Below, one piece after another: positions 9,884-18,786 of a stretch of 64,000 nucleotides of DNA; positions within the stretch are counted from its first letter, which is position 1, and each line of letters opens with the position of its first letter. The position numbers and the translations under genes were made by a program. Source of the stretch: Patescibacteria group bacterium (lineage in GTDB: Bacteria > Patescibacteriota > Minisyncoccia > UBA6257 > GWB1-50-10); contig JBBTQX010000004.1 in NCBI GenBank assembly GCA_038065455.1, positions 5,157-69,156 of the forward strand, in the 5' to 3' direction. The notes under the pieces were generated by a model. That model had not been told where the DNA came from. It made no database searches and worked only from the letters and a program-made list of their open reading frames with translations.

Positions 9884-10285
9884 TTAGTATATGAGGATAC
9901 CGAGGAAATTCTCCAAACTGTAAGCTCCGCCGCCGAGAACCGCAAGCGCGATTGCCGCGGCGAAAATAATGAGGTCGAATTCATAGCCGTCCGCCAATCC
10001 TTTCTTCATTTTCATCTTCAAAATTATGACGGCAAATTGAATCGCGATTAATACCGCGACGAGCTGGACGAGAAATCCGGCCAGCAAAAATATTCCGCCG
10101 ACGAACTCCAATATTGAAACGACGGCCGCCCAAAAGATTCCCGGCTTAAATATCTGTCCCATCCACTCCGCCGTTCCTTTGATGTTTTTTATCTTCGGCC
10201 AGCCATGGGCGATTAAAATGATGCCCAATATCACCCTTAAAAAAGCTATCCCGATGCCCCCGAATACAAATAAAGGTTGAATCAT
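9884..10285 (-). CDS. DoxX-family membrane protein
   Basis: MIQPLFVFGGIGIAFLRVILGIILIAHGWPKI is a DoxX-like sequence. The start is taken at the internal ATG (10283-10285) so the gene does not run across the tsaD start. Confidence 0.55.
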   Translation of the reverse strand: MIQPLFVFGGIGIAFLRVILGIILIAHGWPKIKNIKGTAEWMGQIFKPGIFWAAVVSILEFVGGIFLLAGFLVQLVAVLIAIQFAVIILKMKMKKGLADGYEFDLIIFAAAIALAVLGGGAYSLENFLGILIY

Positions 10286-10330
10286 GCCTGTAAGTATACA
10301 ACCGCCGGATTTATCCGTAAAATGGTTGGA

Positions 10331-11437
10331 ATGAAGATACTCGCAATCGAAACGTCCTGCGATGAAACCGCGCTCGCGCTTCTCAAAGCAAGCGGGGGCT
10401 TGCGCGCTCCGAAATTTAAAGTCATTAAGAATCTGGTCTCTTCCCAGATAGAAGTGCATCGGCCCTGGGGTGGCGTCGTGCCGAACCTCGCCAAACGAGA
10501 ACACATTAAAAATTTGCCGATTGTGTTTGAGCAAATTTTTTCAAATCCTAAATACCGATTTCATCGAGTATCCTCGACAAAGTCGGGACAAATTCAAAAT
10601 TCTAAAATCCAAATTCCAAAAATTGATCTGCTGGCCGTAACAGTGGGACCGGGACTGGAGCCGGCACTTTGGACCGGCGTCGAATTCGCAAAAGAATTGA
10701 AAAAAAATATTTTTCCGAAAGTTCCGCTAATCGGCGCAAACCATTTGGAGGGACACCTATACAGTTTTTTGCTATCGCAAAAAACTGCAAATCCTAAATC
10801 CAAAATCCTAAATCCTAAAATATTTCCCGCAATTGCGCTTATAGCAAGCGGGGGTCATACCATTCTTCTCAAGATGGAATCACTCATAAAATGGAAAAAA
10901 TTGGGTGAAACGCGGGATGACGCGGTGGGCGAGGCTTTCGATAAAGCGGCAAGAATACTCGGCCTTCCCTACCCTGGCGGACCGGAAATTCAGAAGCTCG
11001 CAGCTAACGGCAATCCCGAAGCCGTCGCCTTCCCTCGTCCGATGATTTACGACAATTCGCCGACTGGCAAATATGAATTCAGTTTCTCTGGTTTGAAAAC
11101 TTCCGTCCTTTATTATCTGCGGGATAATCCGAAAGCCGACAAAGCGAATGTAGCCGCCTCATTCCAGAAAGCTGCGGTGGACGTTCTGATATCGAAAACC
11201 GCCCGCGCCGTTCGGGAATTTAAGGCGAAATCGGTAATGCTTTCGGGCGGCGTCGCGGCCAACGCGTATCTTAGAGACAGACTGCGAGAGGCAAGCGACA
11301 AGATGGGTGTAAATTTCCTGGTGCCGCCGATGGATTTCAATACCGATAACGCCGTGATGATCGCGGCCGCGGCCTATATCCAAAATCTGCGCAAAAAGAA
11401 ATACGCCATTCGCGCCCAAGGGAATTTGAATTTATAA
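10331..11437 (+). CDS. tsaD: tRNA N6-adenosine threonylcarbamoyltransferase TsaD (Kae1/Gcp family)
   Basis: MKILAIETSCDETALAL, LIASGGHT and GVAANAYLR are all present. Two low-complexity heptamer-repeat insertions are also present. Confidence 0.9.
   Translation: MKILAIETSCDETALALLKASGGLRAPKFKVIKNLVSSQIEVHRPWGGVVPNLAKREHIKNLPIVFEQIFSNPKYRFHRVSSTKSGQIQNSKIQIPKIDLLAVTVGPGLEPALWTGVEFAKELKKNIFPKVPLIGANHLEGHLYSFLLSQKTANPKSKILNPKIFPAIALIASGGHTILLKMESLIKWKKLGETRDDAVGEAFDKAARILGLPYPGGPEIQKLAANGNPEAVAFPRPMIYDNSPTGKYEFSFSGLKTSVLYYLRDNPKADKANVAASFQKAAVDVLISKTARAVREFKAKSVMLSGGVAANAYLRDRLREASDKMGVNFLVPPMDFNTDNAVMIAAAAYIQNLRKKKYAIRAQGNLNL
10589..10623. repeat. degenerate heptamer repeat (AAATTCA/AAAATCC ...) in tsaD
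   Basis: The sequence is aaattcaaaattctaaaatccaaattccaaaaatt. It encodes QIQNSKIQIPK. Confidence 0.7.
10789..10816. repeat. heptamer repeat AAATCCT/AAATCCA, 4 units, in tsaD
   Basis: The sequence is aaatcctaaatccaaaatcctaaatcct. It encodes ANPKSKILNPK. Confidence 0.85.
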
Positions 11438-11444
11438 TTGGAAT

Positions 11445-13709
11445 ATGAACGCTGATTTTTCAAAGCCCTATGACCCGAAGATAACCGAAGAAAAAATATA
11501 CCAGCTTTGGCTTGATTCCGGCTATTTCAATCCGGACAACCTGCCTGCGCAGGCAGGCCTGCCTGTCGCAAAAATCAAAAATTCAAAAATTAAAAATTAC
11601 GTGGTATATATGCCCCTCCCGAACGTGACGGGCACGCTCCATATGGGCCACGCCTTGAACAACACCATTCAGGATATTCTCATCCGTTATCATCGGATGA
11701 AGGGATATAAAACGCTCTGGCTCCCCGGCACAGACCACGCCGGCATCGCCACGCAGTACGTGGTGGAAAAAGACCTGCGAAAACAAAATATTTCCCGTTT
11801 CGAACTCGGCCGGGAAAAATTCGTGGAGAAGGTCTGGGAATGGAAGAAAAAATATGGCGACGCGATCTTAAACCAGCTCAAAAAAATTGGCATCTCGGCC
11901 GATTGGTCCCGCACGCGCTTCACGATGGACGAAGCCTATAGCCAAGATGTTTTAAAAGTCTTCGTTCATTACTACGAGAAGGGCTGGCTTTATCGCGGAC
12001 TCCGCACCGTGAACTGGTGCCCGAAGGATGGCACAAGCCTCTCCGAGCTGGAACTGGAATACGAGGATACCGAAACCAAACTCTGGTATATCAACTATCC
12101 GCTTACGGATAGTAAATCCGAAATCCGAAATCCGAAATCCGAATTCATAACAGTGGCGACAACGAGACCCGAAACGATGCTGGGCGATACCGCGATTGCC
12201 GTGAATCCCGCCGACAAGAGATACAAGCATCTTATCGGAAAGACCGTCGTCCTTCCGATTCAAAATCGAGAGATACCGATTGTGGGCGATATCGCGATAG
12301 ACCCTAAGTTCGGCACGGGCGCGGTCAAGGTGACGCCGGCCCACGATATTCTCGATTTCGAAATCGGCCAACGGCACAAACTGGAAACGATTCAGGTAAT
12401 AGACGAACGGGCCAAAATGACGGTGATAGCCGGAAAGTATGCCGGACTAAAAGCCGTTGAAGCCCGCGAAAAAATCGTGAACGACCTCAAAGAAATGGGG
12501 CTTCTGGTAAAAGAAGAAAAATATCAAACCCGCGTCGCGAAGTGCTACCGTTGCGGCACGATTATTGAGCCTATCCCATCCAATCAATGGTTTTTGAAGA
12601 TGGATAAATTGGGAGCGATGGCGAAGCAGGCCGTGAAATCCAAAAAAGTGAGAATTCAGCCGAAAAATTTCGAGAAAACCTACTTGAATTGGCTTGAAAA
12701 CGTCCGCGACTGGTCGGTCTCCCGCCAAATTTGGTGGGGACACCGGTTGCCGGTTTGGTTTCACGAGCCGAAGTGCGTTCCCAAAAAGGGCCGCGAAAAG
12801 GATTCCGCCAAGTGCGAGGAGATGGTGGTTTCGCTCACCGAACCGGAGTGTAAATATTGCGAAGGGAAATATATCCAATCGGAAGACGTGCTTGATACCT
12901 GGTTTTCCTCCGCTCTTTGGCCATTTGCCGGGCTTTCTAAAGAAGATGCAGAAAAATATTATCCCGGAAACGTCCTCGTAACCGCCCGCGACATCATTAA
13001 TTTATGGGTCGCGCGGATGATCTTCTCCGGCTTAGAATTCAAGAAAAAGGTTCCCTTCACTGATGTCTTCATTAACGGCACCATCCTTGCCAAGGACGGC
13101 CGGCGAATGTCCAAAAGCCTCGGCACTGGCATTGACCCGCTGAATTACATCGGACTGCATGGAGCGGACGCGACACGTTTCGCTATCATCTGGCAGGCCT
13201 CCGGCCAGGATATCCGCTGGGACGAGGCGGCCGTCATGGCCGGCCGGAAATTCTGCAATAAAATCTGGAACGCATCCCGCTTTGTTATAGAACAAAGCGG
13301 AAATCCGAAATCCGAAATCCGAAATCCGAAACCTCGAACGGCAGCGGATAAAAAGATTCTTAAGAAGCTCGCGGCGGTGAAAAAACAAACCGGAAAAAAC
13401 ATAGAAAAATTCGAGTTCTCGAAAGCGCTCCACGATATTTACGATTTCTTCTGGCATGAGTTCTGCGACATTTACATCGAGGAGACAAAAAAAATTCACC
13501 CCGTTAGAAATAGCCCGCCCCAAGGCCCGGAGGGCGCGCGCCGCGCGGGCGAGATTTCTAACGGGGCAGGAGGAAATTCGGCAGAAATATTGATGTATGT
13601 ATTAAAAGAATCCCTTAAAATGCTCCATCCATTCATGCCATTCATCACGGAAGCGATCTATGGAAACATGGCCGAAAAAAATGGGCTTTTAATGGTTGAA
13701 AAATGGTAG
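11445..13709 (+). CDS. valS: valyl-tRNA synthetase (C-terminally short)
   Basis: PNVTGTLHMGHAL is the HIGH region, DGRRMSKSLG is the KMSKS motif, and LHPFMPFITE is present. The protein is 754 aa. It contains two GAAATCC repeat insertions and a 69-bp element inserted in frame. Confidence 0.9.
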   Translation: MNADFSKPYDPKITEEKIYQLWLDSGYFNPDNLPAQAGLPVAKIKNSKIKNYVVYMPLPNVTGTLHMGHALNNTIQDILIRYHRMKGYKTLWLPGTDHAGIATQYVVEKDLRKQNISRFELGREKFVEKVWEWKKKYGDAILNQLKKIGISADWSRTRFTMDEAYSQDVLKVFVHYYEKGWLYRGLRTVNWCPKDGTSLSELELEYEDTETKLWYINYPLTDSKSEIRNPKSEFITVATTRPETMLGDTAIAVNPADKRYKHLIGKTVVLPIQNREIPIVGDIAIDPKFGTGAVKVTPAHDILDFEIGQRHKLETIQVIDERAKMTVIAGKYAGLKAVEAREKIVNDLKEMGLLVKEEKYQTRVAKCYRCGTIIEPIPSNQWFLKMDKLGAMAKQAVKSKKVRIQPKNFEKTYLNWLENVRDWSVSRQIWWGHRLPVWFHEPKCVPKKGREKDSAKCEEMVVSLTEPECKYCEGKYIQSEDVLDTWFSSALWPFAGLSKEDAEKYYPGNVLVTARDIINLWVARMIFSGLEFKKKVPFTDVFINGTILAKDGRRMSKSLGTGIDPLNYIGLHGADATRFAIIWQASGQDIRWDEAAVMAGRKFCNKIWNASRFVIEQSGNPKSEIRNPKPRTAADKKILKKLAAVKKQTGKNIEKFEFSKALHDIYDFFWHEFCDIYIEETKKIHPVRNSPPQGPEGARRAGEISNGAGGNSAEILMYVLKESLKMLHPFMPFITEAIYGNMAEKNGLLMVEKW
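11541..11603. repeat. GC palindrome plus AAAAATN heptamer run in the valS N-terminal region
   Basis: The GC palindrome is cctgcctgcgcaggcaggcctgcctg. It is followed by aaaaatcaaaaattcaaaaattaaaaatt, which encodes AKIKNSKIKN. Confidence 0.6.
12114..12141. repeat. tandem heptamer AAATCCG x4 in valS
   Basis: The sequence is aaatccgaaatccgaaatccgaaatccg. It encodes KSEIRNPKSE. Confidence 0.9.
13301..13328. repeat. tandem heptamer AAATCCG x4 in valS
   Basis: The sequence is aaatccgaaatccgaaatccgaaatccg. It encodes NPKSEIRNPK. Confidence 0.9.
13498..13566. mobile_element. small element bounded by inverted repeats (copy d), inserted in frame in valS
   Basis: The ends are CCCCGTTAGAAAT ... ATTTCTAACGGGG, a 13-bp inverted repeat. 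The core is GC-rich. At 69 bp it adds 23 codons (PVRNSPPQGPEGARRAGEISNGA). Confidence 0.6.
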
Positions 13710-14383
13710 CCGCACTCAACTTAGCCGTTATCCTTGCGCTCGCCTTCCTGCCTTCCATCGTCTGGCTCATTTTCTTTCTCAAGGAAGACCGCCATCCCGA
13801 ACCGAAGAAATTGATATTTTTGGTCTTCTGCGCGGGCGCGCTCGCGAGCGTTCCGGCGATTGTTTTTCAATTCGGATTCCAGAGATTTGTGAGCAACCCT
13901 CTTCACCTTTTTATCGTTACCATTCTCGGACTGGCGCTCATTGAGGAAATTTTCAAGTTTTCCGCGGCTTATTTCAGCGTCCGAAAAGAGCCGGCCTTCA
14001 ACGAGCCGGTGGACGCGATGATTTATTCCATCGTCGCCGCCCTGGGCTTCGCCACGATAGAAAATTTGTTCATTATGGGGGACAAGATGCAATATTTGAC
14101 CGTAAACAGCCTAATCGTGAGCGTGAGCACGCTCGGTTTCCGCTTCGTGGGTGCTACCCTGCTCCATACTCTCGCCTCGGCCTTCGCTGGCTACTATTGG
14201 GCCAGGCGGAAAATTTTCCTCGGTCTCGCGGCGGCCACACTCTCTCATTTCATCTTCAATTATCTCGTTTATCGATTCGAAAGCGTGAGTCTGCTTTACC
14301 CCTCCATTTTCCTCGTTTTTCTCGCAATCTTCATCTTCAATGATTTTTCAAAATTGGACAGGCAACAAAATTCATCGGACTAA
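13703..14383 (+). CDS. PrsW-like intramembrane protease family protein
   Basis: A multi-TM protein with EEIFKF, GFATIENLF and LLHTLASAF, which resemble the PrsW motifs. Confidence 0.45.
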   Translation: MVAALNLAVILALAFLPSIVWLIFFLKEDRHPEPKKLIFLVFCAGALASVPAIVFQFGFQRFVSNPLHLFIVTILGLALIEEIFKFSAAYFSVRKEPAFNEPVDAMIYSIVAALGFATIENLFIMGDKMQYLTVNSLIVSVSTLGFRFVGATLLHTLASAFAGYYWARRKIFLGLAAATLSHFIFNYLVYRFESVSLLYPSIFLVFLAIFIFNDFSKLDRQQNSSD

Positions 14384-14395
14384 CCTCTCCGCAAT

Positions 14396-14404
14396 TGGTA
14401 TAAT
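14396..14404 (+). promoter_or_regulatory. extended -10 promoter (TGgTATAAT) placing the transcript start at or next to the hsp20 ATG (leaderless)
   Basis: TGGTATAAT sits at 14396-14404 and the ATG at 14411, which is 7 nt after the -10. No Shine-Dalgarno sequence is present. Confidence 0.45.
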
Positions 14405-14410
14405 AAACTT

Positions 14411-14875
14411 ATGTTCCAAGAAAAAAATGGAAATAAAAAAAATGAGCCCAGGAGGGATATTTTCGCGGAGCTCGCCAAAATAAAAACCGAGCCGGCGCCG
14501 CTTATCAAAGTAAGAACCGGGGACGGAAAAGGACCGGAAGAAGACGAAGGCACTTTGACCGTGGATGTCTTTGAAGACGGCGACTACTTCATCGTCGAAT
14601 CCACTATTGCCGGCGCGAAGGACGAGGATTTGGAGATAAATATCACGAACGAATCGGTCACTATCAGGGGCCGGCGCGAACGCAAGGAAGAGGTGAAAGA
14701 AAAAGATTATTTCTATCAGGAACTCTTCTGGGGCGCTTTTTCCCGCTCCATTATCCTCCCCCAGGAAGTGGATCCCGAAAATTCCACCGCCGCTTTGAAA
14801 AACGGCATTCTCACGATAAGGATGCCGAAAATGAACAGGCAAAGATCAAAAAAACTAAGAGTGGGCTTAGATTAA
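14411..14875 (+). CDS. Hsp20/alpha-crystallin family small heat-shock protein
   Basis: The alpha-crystallin domain reads LTVDVFEDGDYFIVES..ITIRG...GILTIRMPK. Confidence 0.8.
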   Translation: MFQEKNGNKKNEPRRDIFAELAKIKTEPAPLIKVRTGDGKGPEEDEGTLTVDVFEDGDYFIVESTIAGAKDEDLEINITNESVTIRGRRERKEEVKEKDYFYQELFWGAFSRSIILPQEVDPENSTAALKNGILTIRMPKMNRQRSKKLRVGLD

Positions 14876-14882
14876 AAAGAAG

Positions 14883-14912
14883 TCCCGCCAAAAGCAATTG
14901 GCGGGATTTTTT
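14883..14912. terminator. bidirectional rho-independent terminator between hsp20 (+) and the ORF at 14919..15224 (-)
   Basis: The hairpin is TCCCGCC-aaaagcaatt-GGCGGGA. It is followed by TTTTTT on the + strand and an A-run on the other side. Confidence 0.7.
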
Positions 14913-14918
14913 ATTGAA

Positions 14919-15224
14919 TTATTCTCTTATGTACGGAGCGGATCTGAACATGTCGGAAATAACCTCGCAATCGCATCCGGAATCAAGCGAAGCTATTATC
15001 TCCTTAAATTCTTCGCGGCGGAATTCTATGTCAAGATCAAGCCCTAATACATTCGCTATTTTATCACGCAGGGAATCAAAAAAACGAAATGCTTCAGTCG
15101 TATCTCTTGGACTATTGGGGGCAAAATTCATTCCCAACTTGCATAAACTTTTTAGATACTGCTCGCTTCCTAACTCATGGATGCTTAATTCATCCAGTTT
15201 TTCTTGAAAATCTTTTGAGCCCAT
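14919..15224 (-). CDS. hypothetical protein (101 aa)
   Basis: The ORF sits in a lower-GC stretch. On the minus strand GGAGG lies upstream of the ATG. No recognisable motif was found. Confidence 0.4.
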   Translation of the reverse strand: MGSKDFQEKLDELSIHELGSEQYLKSLCKLGMNFAPNSPRDTTEAFRFFDSLRDKIANVLGLDLDIEFRREEFKEIIASLDSGCDCEVISDMFRSAPYIRE

Positions 15225-15323
15225 ATTTCCTCCAATATTTTTAATTGTTAAGCAAAAACGTGAATAATAACTGTCTATAAAATATGCCTCCTTTCTTATA
15301 AAGTCAAAGCGGCCCCCGCCCGG

Positions 15324-16703
15324 CTAACGGCGCTTGAAAATTTTCTTGCAATAGAGATTGAATTTTTCTCCCCTATCGAACTCGTTCTTGAACTTCTCAA
15401 AGCTGGCCGCCCCCGGCGAAAAAATAATCATCCATTTCGTCTTTTTCTCTTTTTTTTCATAAATCACTTGGGTGGTATACTTAAGTATACCACCTAGATC
15501 TTCGTAGAAGTTTATTTTTTTGTTTTTAGAATATCCGATTTTCTCGAGCGCCGCGATCATTTTTTTGGTGGCGCTGCCGTTCAAAAGGAAAAGGTTTTCC
15601 GGTTTCACGAAGCGCTTTACTGTTTTCGCCCATCCGCCATATTCCAAGTTTTTATCCGTTCCACCGGAGATGAGGATAATATTTTCTTTTCCGAACCTCC
15701 GAAGAGCGGCTATCGTCCCATCGGGCGAGGTCGCCGTCGTGTCATTCACCACCGTAAGCTTCGGCGATTTGAAGACGATCTCCTCCCGGAATTTTATTCG
15801 CGGCAAACGCCAGGCCGCTCGTCGGAGAGCCGAAACGGGCACGCCGGCAAGTTTGGCGGCGAGATATGCGGCTTTGAAATTCTCCAGATTATGCGGACCG
15901 GAGATTTTGGAGAATTTCTTTTCATTTATACCGGTTTTTGCGGATGAATAGAGCATCTTTGAGCCGACCCTCCAATTGGAGAATTTTTTAAGGAAAAATT
16001 TCGTCCATTCGTTCCGGCAATTCAGAATCAAAAAATCTCCCTTCTTCTGGTTTTTGAATATATTCGCCTTCGCAGAAGCATAGCTGACAAGCGTCCGGTA
16101 GCGGTTCATATGGTCACGGTAGATATTGGTGATTACAGCCACTTCCGGACCCCGGCCGGATTGGCTTAAAAGCTCCAGGTGCCAGGACGAAAGTTCCGCG
16201 ACGACGGGCGACTTGCCGTCTAAGCCGTCCAGAATGCCGAGCAGGGGCTGGTCCGAGGAGTTGCCGGTAAGTTTCGCCTTCGGAAACTTTTGCTTCAATA
16301 AAAACAATATCCAGTTCACGGTTGTCGTCTTCCCCCGGGTGCCGGTCACGGCGATAATCGGATTTTTGCAGTATCGGAAGAACAAGCTCGCTTCATTCTC
16401 CAAACGCGCACCGTGTTTTTTGGCAATGGCGAGATACTTGCTCTCGCGCGGCACGGCTGGATTCACCACGATAATTTTATTGGTCTTGAAATCAGCTCTG
16501 CGGTGTTTGCCCAAAACGAAAATAATTTTTTTCGCCGCCGCGCCCAATTTATTTATCGAGTCTTTTAATTCCCCGCGCGAACGCAAATCCGTCACGGTCA
16601 CATTCGCGCCGTGCAGAATGAGCCACTTCGTGGTCGCAATCCCCCCGCCGAGCAGACCCAGGCCCATTACCAGTACTTTTTTGTTTTTTAACTCAATGGC
16701 CAT
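15324..16703 (-). CDS. murD: UDP-N-acetylmuramoylalanine--D-glutamate ligase MurD
   Basis: KKVLVMGLGLLGGG is the Rossmann-type N-terminus and IAVTGTRGKTTT is the P-loop. The C-terminus carries a 24-bp palindrome within the coding sequence. Confidence 0.85.
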   Translation of the reverse strand: MAIELKNKKVLVMGLGLLGGGIATTKWLILHGANVTVTDLRSRGELKDSINKLGAAAKKIIFVLGKHRRADFKTNKIIVVNPAVPRESKYLAIAKKHGARLENEASLFFRYCKNPIIAVTGTRGKTTTVNWILFLLKQKFPKAKLTGNSSDQPLLGILDGLDGKSPVVAELSSWHLELLSQSGRGPEVAVITNIYRDHMNRYRTLVSYASAKANIFKNQKKGDFLILNCRNEWTKFFLKKFSNWRVGSKMLYSSAKTGINEKKFSKISGPHNLENFKAAYLAAKLAGVPVSALRRAAWRLPRIKFREEIVFKSPKLTVVNDTTATSPDGTIAALRRFGKENIILISGGTDKNLEYGGWAKTVKRFVKPENLFLLNGSATKKMIAALEKIGYSKNKKINFYEDLGGILKYTTQVIYEKKEKKTKWMIIFSPGAASFEKFKNEFDRGEKFNLYCKKIFKRR

Positions 16704-16780
16704 TTAGAAACATTATTCCCTGTTTACAGATTTTTCACAAACAAAAAACTCATTTTGTGAGGAATTTTCAATATATTAAG

Positions 16781-18754
16781 TTAAAGAAACGGAACGATGA
16801 GGAGCGCCACAATGTTTATCACTTTGATAAGCGGATTGATGGCCGGACCGGCGGTGTCTTTGTAGGGATCACCCACCGTGTCGCCCGTGACCGCCGCCAA
16901 GTGCGCGTCCGAACCCTTGCCGCCGTGATTCCCTTCCTCAATATGCTTCTTTGCATTATCCCAGGCCGCGCCGCCCGAAGTCATCGAGATACCGATGAAA
17001 AGCCCCGAAATAATCGTGCCTATCAGGAATCCGCCCAGAGATTCTTTGCCGAGACCAAATCCCACCGCCAAGACCGCCACGATAGGCAGAAGCGCCGGCA
17101 CAATCATTTCCTGCAAAGCCGCCTTCGTCACAATATCCACCGCCTTTTGATATTCGGGCCTGGCCGTGCCTTCCATTAATCCCTTGATTTCGCGGAATTG
17201 CCGGCGGATTTCGTCCACAATCGCGCCCGCCGCCTTGCCGACGGATTTCATCGCGATGGCAGCGAATAAATTCGGAATGGCCGCACCCAACAGGAGCCCA
17301 ATTAAAACATAAGGATTCTGAAGATCGAACGAAATGGAAGAATAAGATTTCAAAAGCTCTTCGGTATAGCCGGCGAAAAGCACGAGCGCCGCGAGGCCGG
17401 CCGAAGCAATAGCATAGCCTTTTGTGACCGCCTTCGTGGTGTTCCCCACCGCGTCCAGCGAGTCGGTTATCTGCCGAACGCTTTCGGACGCGCCCGACAT
17501 TTCGGCAATACCGCCCGCGTTATCGGTAATCGGCCCGAACGAATCTATCGCCACGATAATCCCAGCAACCGAAAGCATCGAAACCGCCGCGATTGCCACG
17601 CCGTAAATTCCGGAAAGAAGAAAAGCGCCGAGTATCCCCGCCACAATCACGATAATCGGCAGGAAGGTCGCCTCCATTCCGACCGAAAGGCCCATAATAA
17701 TATTCGTGCCGTGGCCGGAATTAGACGCGTCCGAAATGCTTTGCACCGGCCGGTAGCCCTTCGCCGTGTAGTAATCGGTAATGACGACCATCAGGGCCGT
17801 AACCGCGAGTCCGATAAGACTCGAAGCAAAAATACCGCCGAATTCCGTCGGGAAAAAATACTTGGCGGCGAAATAAAAGAGGATTGCGGAGACGACAAGC
17901 GAAGCGATGAGCCCTTTGTAAAGCGCCTTCATTATTCCTTGATCATTGGGGTCTTTTCCGAGTCGAACAAAAAGACTGCCGATGATTGAGGCAATAATAG
18001 CGAGCGCTCCCAAAACCAGCGGGAATAAAAGCACGGGACCGGACATTGTGAGCGCCCCAAGAAGCATCGCCGCCGTGAGCGTCACAGCGTAAGTTTCGAA
18101 AAGATCGGCGGCCATGCCGGCGCAGTCGCCGACATTATCGCCCACATTGTCGGCAATGACGCCGGGATTCCTCGGATCGTCCTCCGGAATGCCCGCCTCA
18201 ACCTTGCCGACGAGATCGGTGCCCACGTCGGCCGCCTTTGTGAAGATACCGCCACCCAAACGGGCAAAGACCGAAATCAAGCTCGCACCGAAGCCGAGGC
18301 CGATGAGTGCGTTCGCATCATTCGTCAAAAGATAGAAACCGGCGACCGACAACAATCCCAGAGCCACCACCAAAAATCCGGTAACCGAACCGGCCCTGAA
18401 AGCCAAAGAAAGAGCGGGGCCCAAACCCTTGCCGGCCGCCTCCGCTGTTTTTGAATTGGAACGGACGGCTACATTCATTCCTAGATAGCCGGCGAGCGCC
18501 GAAGCGGCCGCCCCTACCAGAAATCCCAAAGCCATTAAATAACCCAAGGCAAAATAAATTATCAAAAAAAGAACCGACGCGACGACGGCCACCGTCCGAT
18601 ACTGCCGGCTGAGATATGCCGAAGAACCCTCCTGAATAGCCTTCGAAATCTCCACCATTTTTTCGTTTCCTGCCGGCTGCTTTTTGAGCCATAAAGCCAG
18701 ATAGGCTGTGTAGGCGACTGCGACCACTACAGAACCAAAAATTAAATACAACAT
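16781..18754 (-). CDS. hppA: membrane-bound proton-translocating pyrophosphatase (H+-PPase)
   Basis: [18 protein letters not shown] and [21 protein letters not shown] are present. It is 657 aa with many TM segments. Confidence 0.9.
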   Translation of the reverse strand: MLYLIFGSVVVAVAYTAYLALWLKKQPAGNEKMVEISKAIQEGSSAYLSRQYRTVAVVASVLFLIIYFALGYLMALGFLVGAAASALAGYLGMNVAVRSNSKTAEAAGKGLGPALSLAFRAGSVTGFLVVALGLLSVAGFYLLTNDANALIGLGFGASLISVFARLGGGIFTKAADVGTDLVGKVEAGIPEDDPRNPGVIADNVGDNVGDCAGMAADLFETYAVTLTAAMLLGALTMSGPVLLFPLVLGALAIIASIIGSLFVRLGKDPNDQGIMKALYKGLIASLVVSAILFYFAAKYFFPTEFGGIFASSLIGLAVTALMVVITDYYTAKGYRPVQSISDASNSGHGTNIIMGLSVGMEATFLPIIVIVAGILGAFLLSGIYGVAIAAVSMLSVAGIIVAIDSFGPITDNAGGIAEMSGASESVRQITDSLDAVGNTTKAVTKGYAIASAGLAALVLFAGYTEELLKSYSSISFDLQNPYVLIGLLLGAAIPNLFAAIAMKSVGKAAGAIVDEIRRQFREIKGLMEGTARPEYQKAVDIVTKAALQEMIVPALLPIVAVLAVGFGLGKESLGGFLIGTIISGLFIGISMTSGGAAWDNAKKHIEEGNHGGKGSDAHLAAVTGDTVGDPYKDTAGPAINPLIKVINIVALLIVPFL

Positions 18755-18786
18755 ATTATTGAATGTTTTAAAAAATTAAATTTTAT

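Noticed and set aside
10277-10534. The long N-terminal extensions of the DoxX ORF (9884-10534) and tsaD ORF (10277-) that cross each other's coding regions
   Set aside because: The conserved domain starts (MIQPLF.. for DoxX and MKILAIETSCDET for TsaD) lie at internal Met codons. This makes the two genes divergent and non-overlapping.
12114-13328. Tandem short repeats considered as a possible CRISPR array
   Set aside because: The units are 7 nt with no spacers, and the arrays lie inside coding sequences. There are no 25-40 bp direct repeats with unique spacers and no cas genes.
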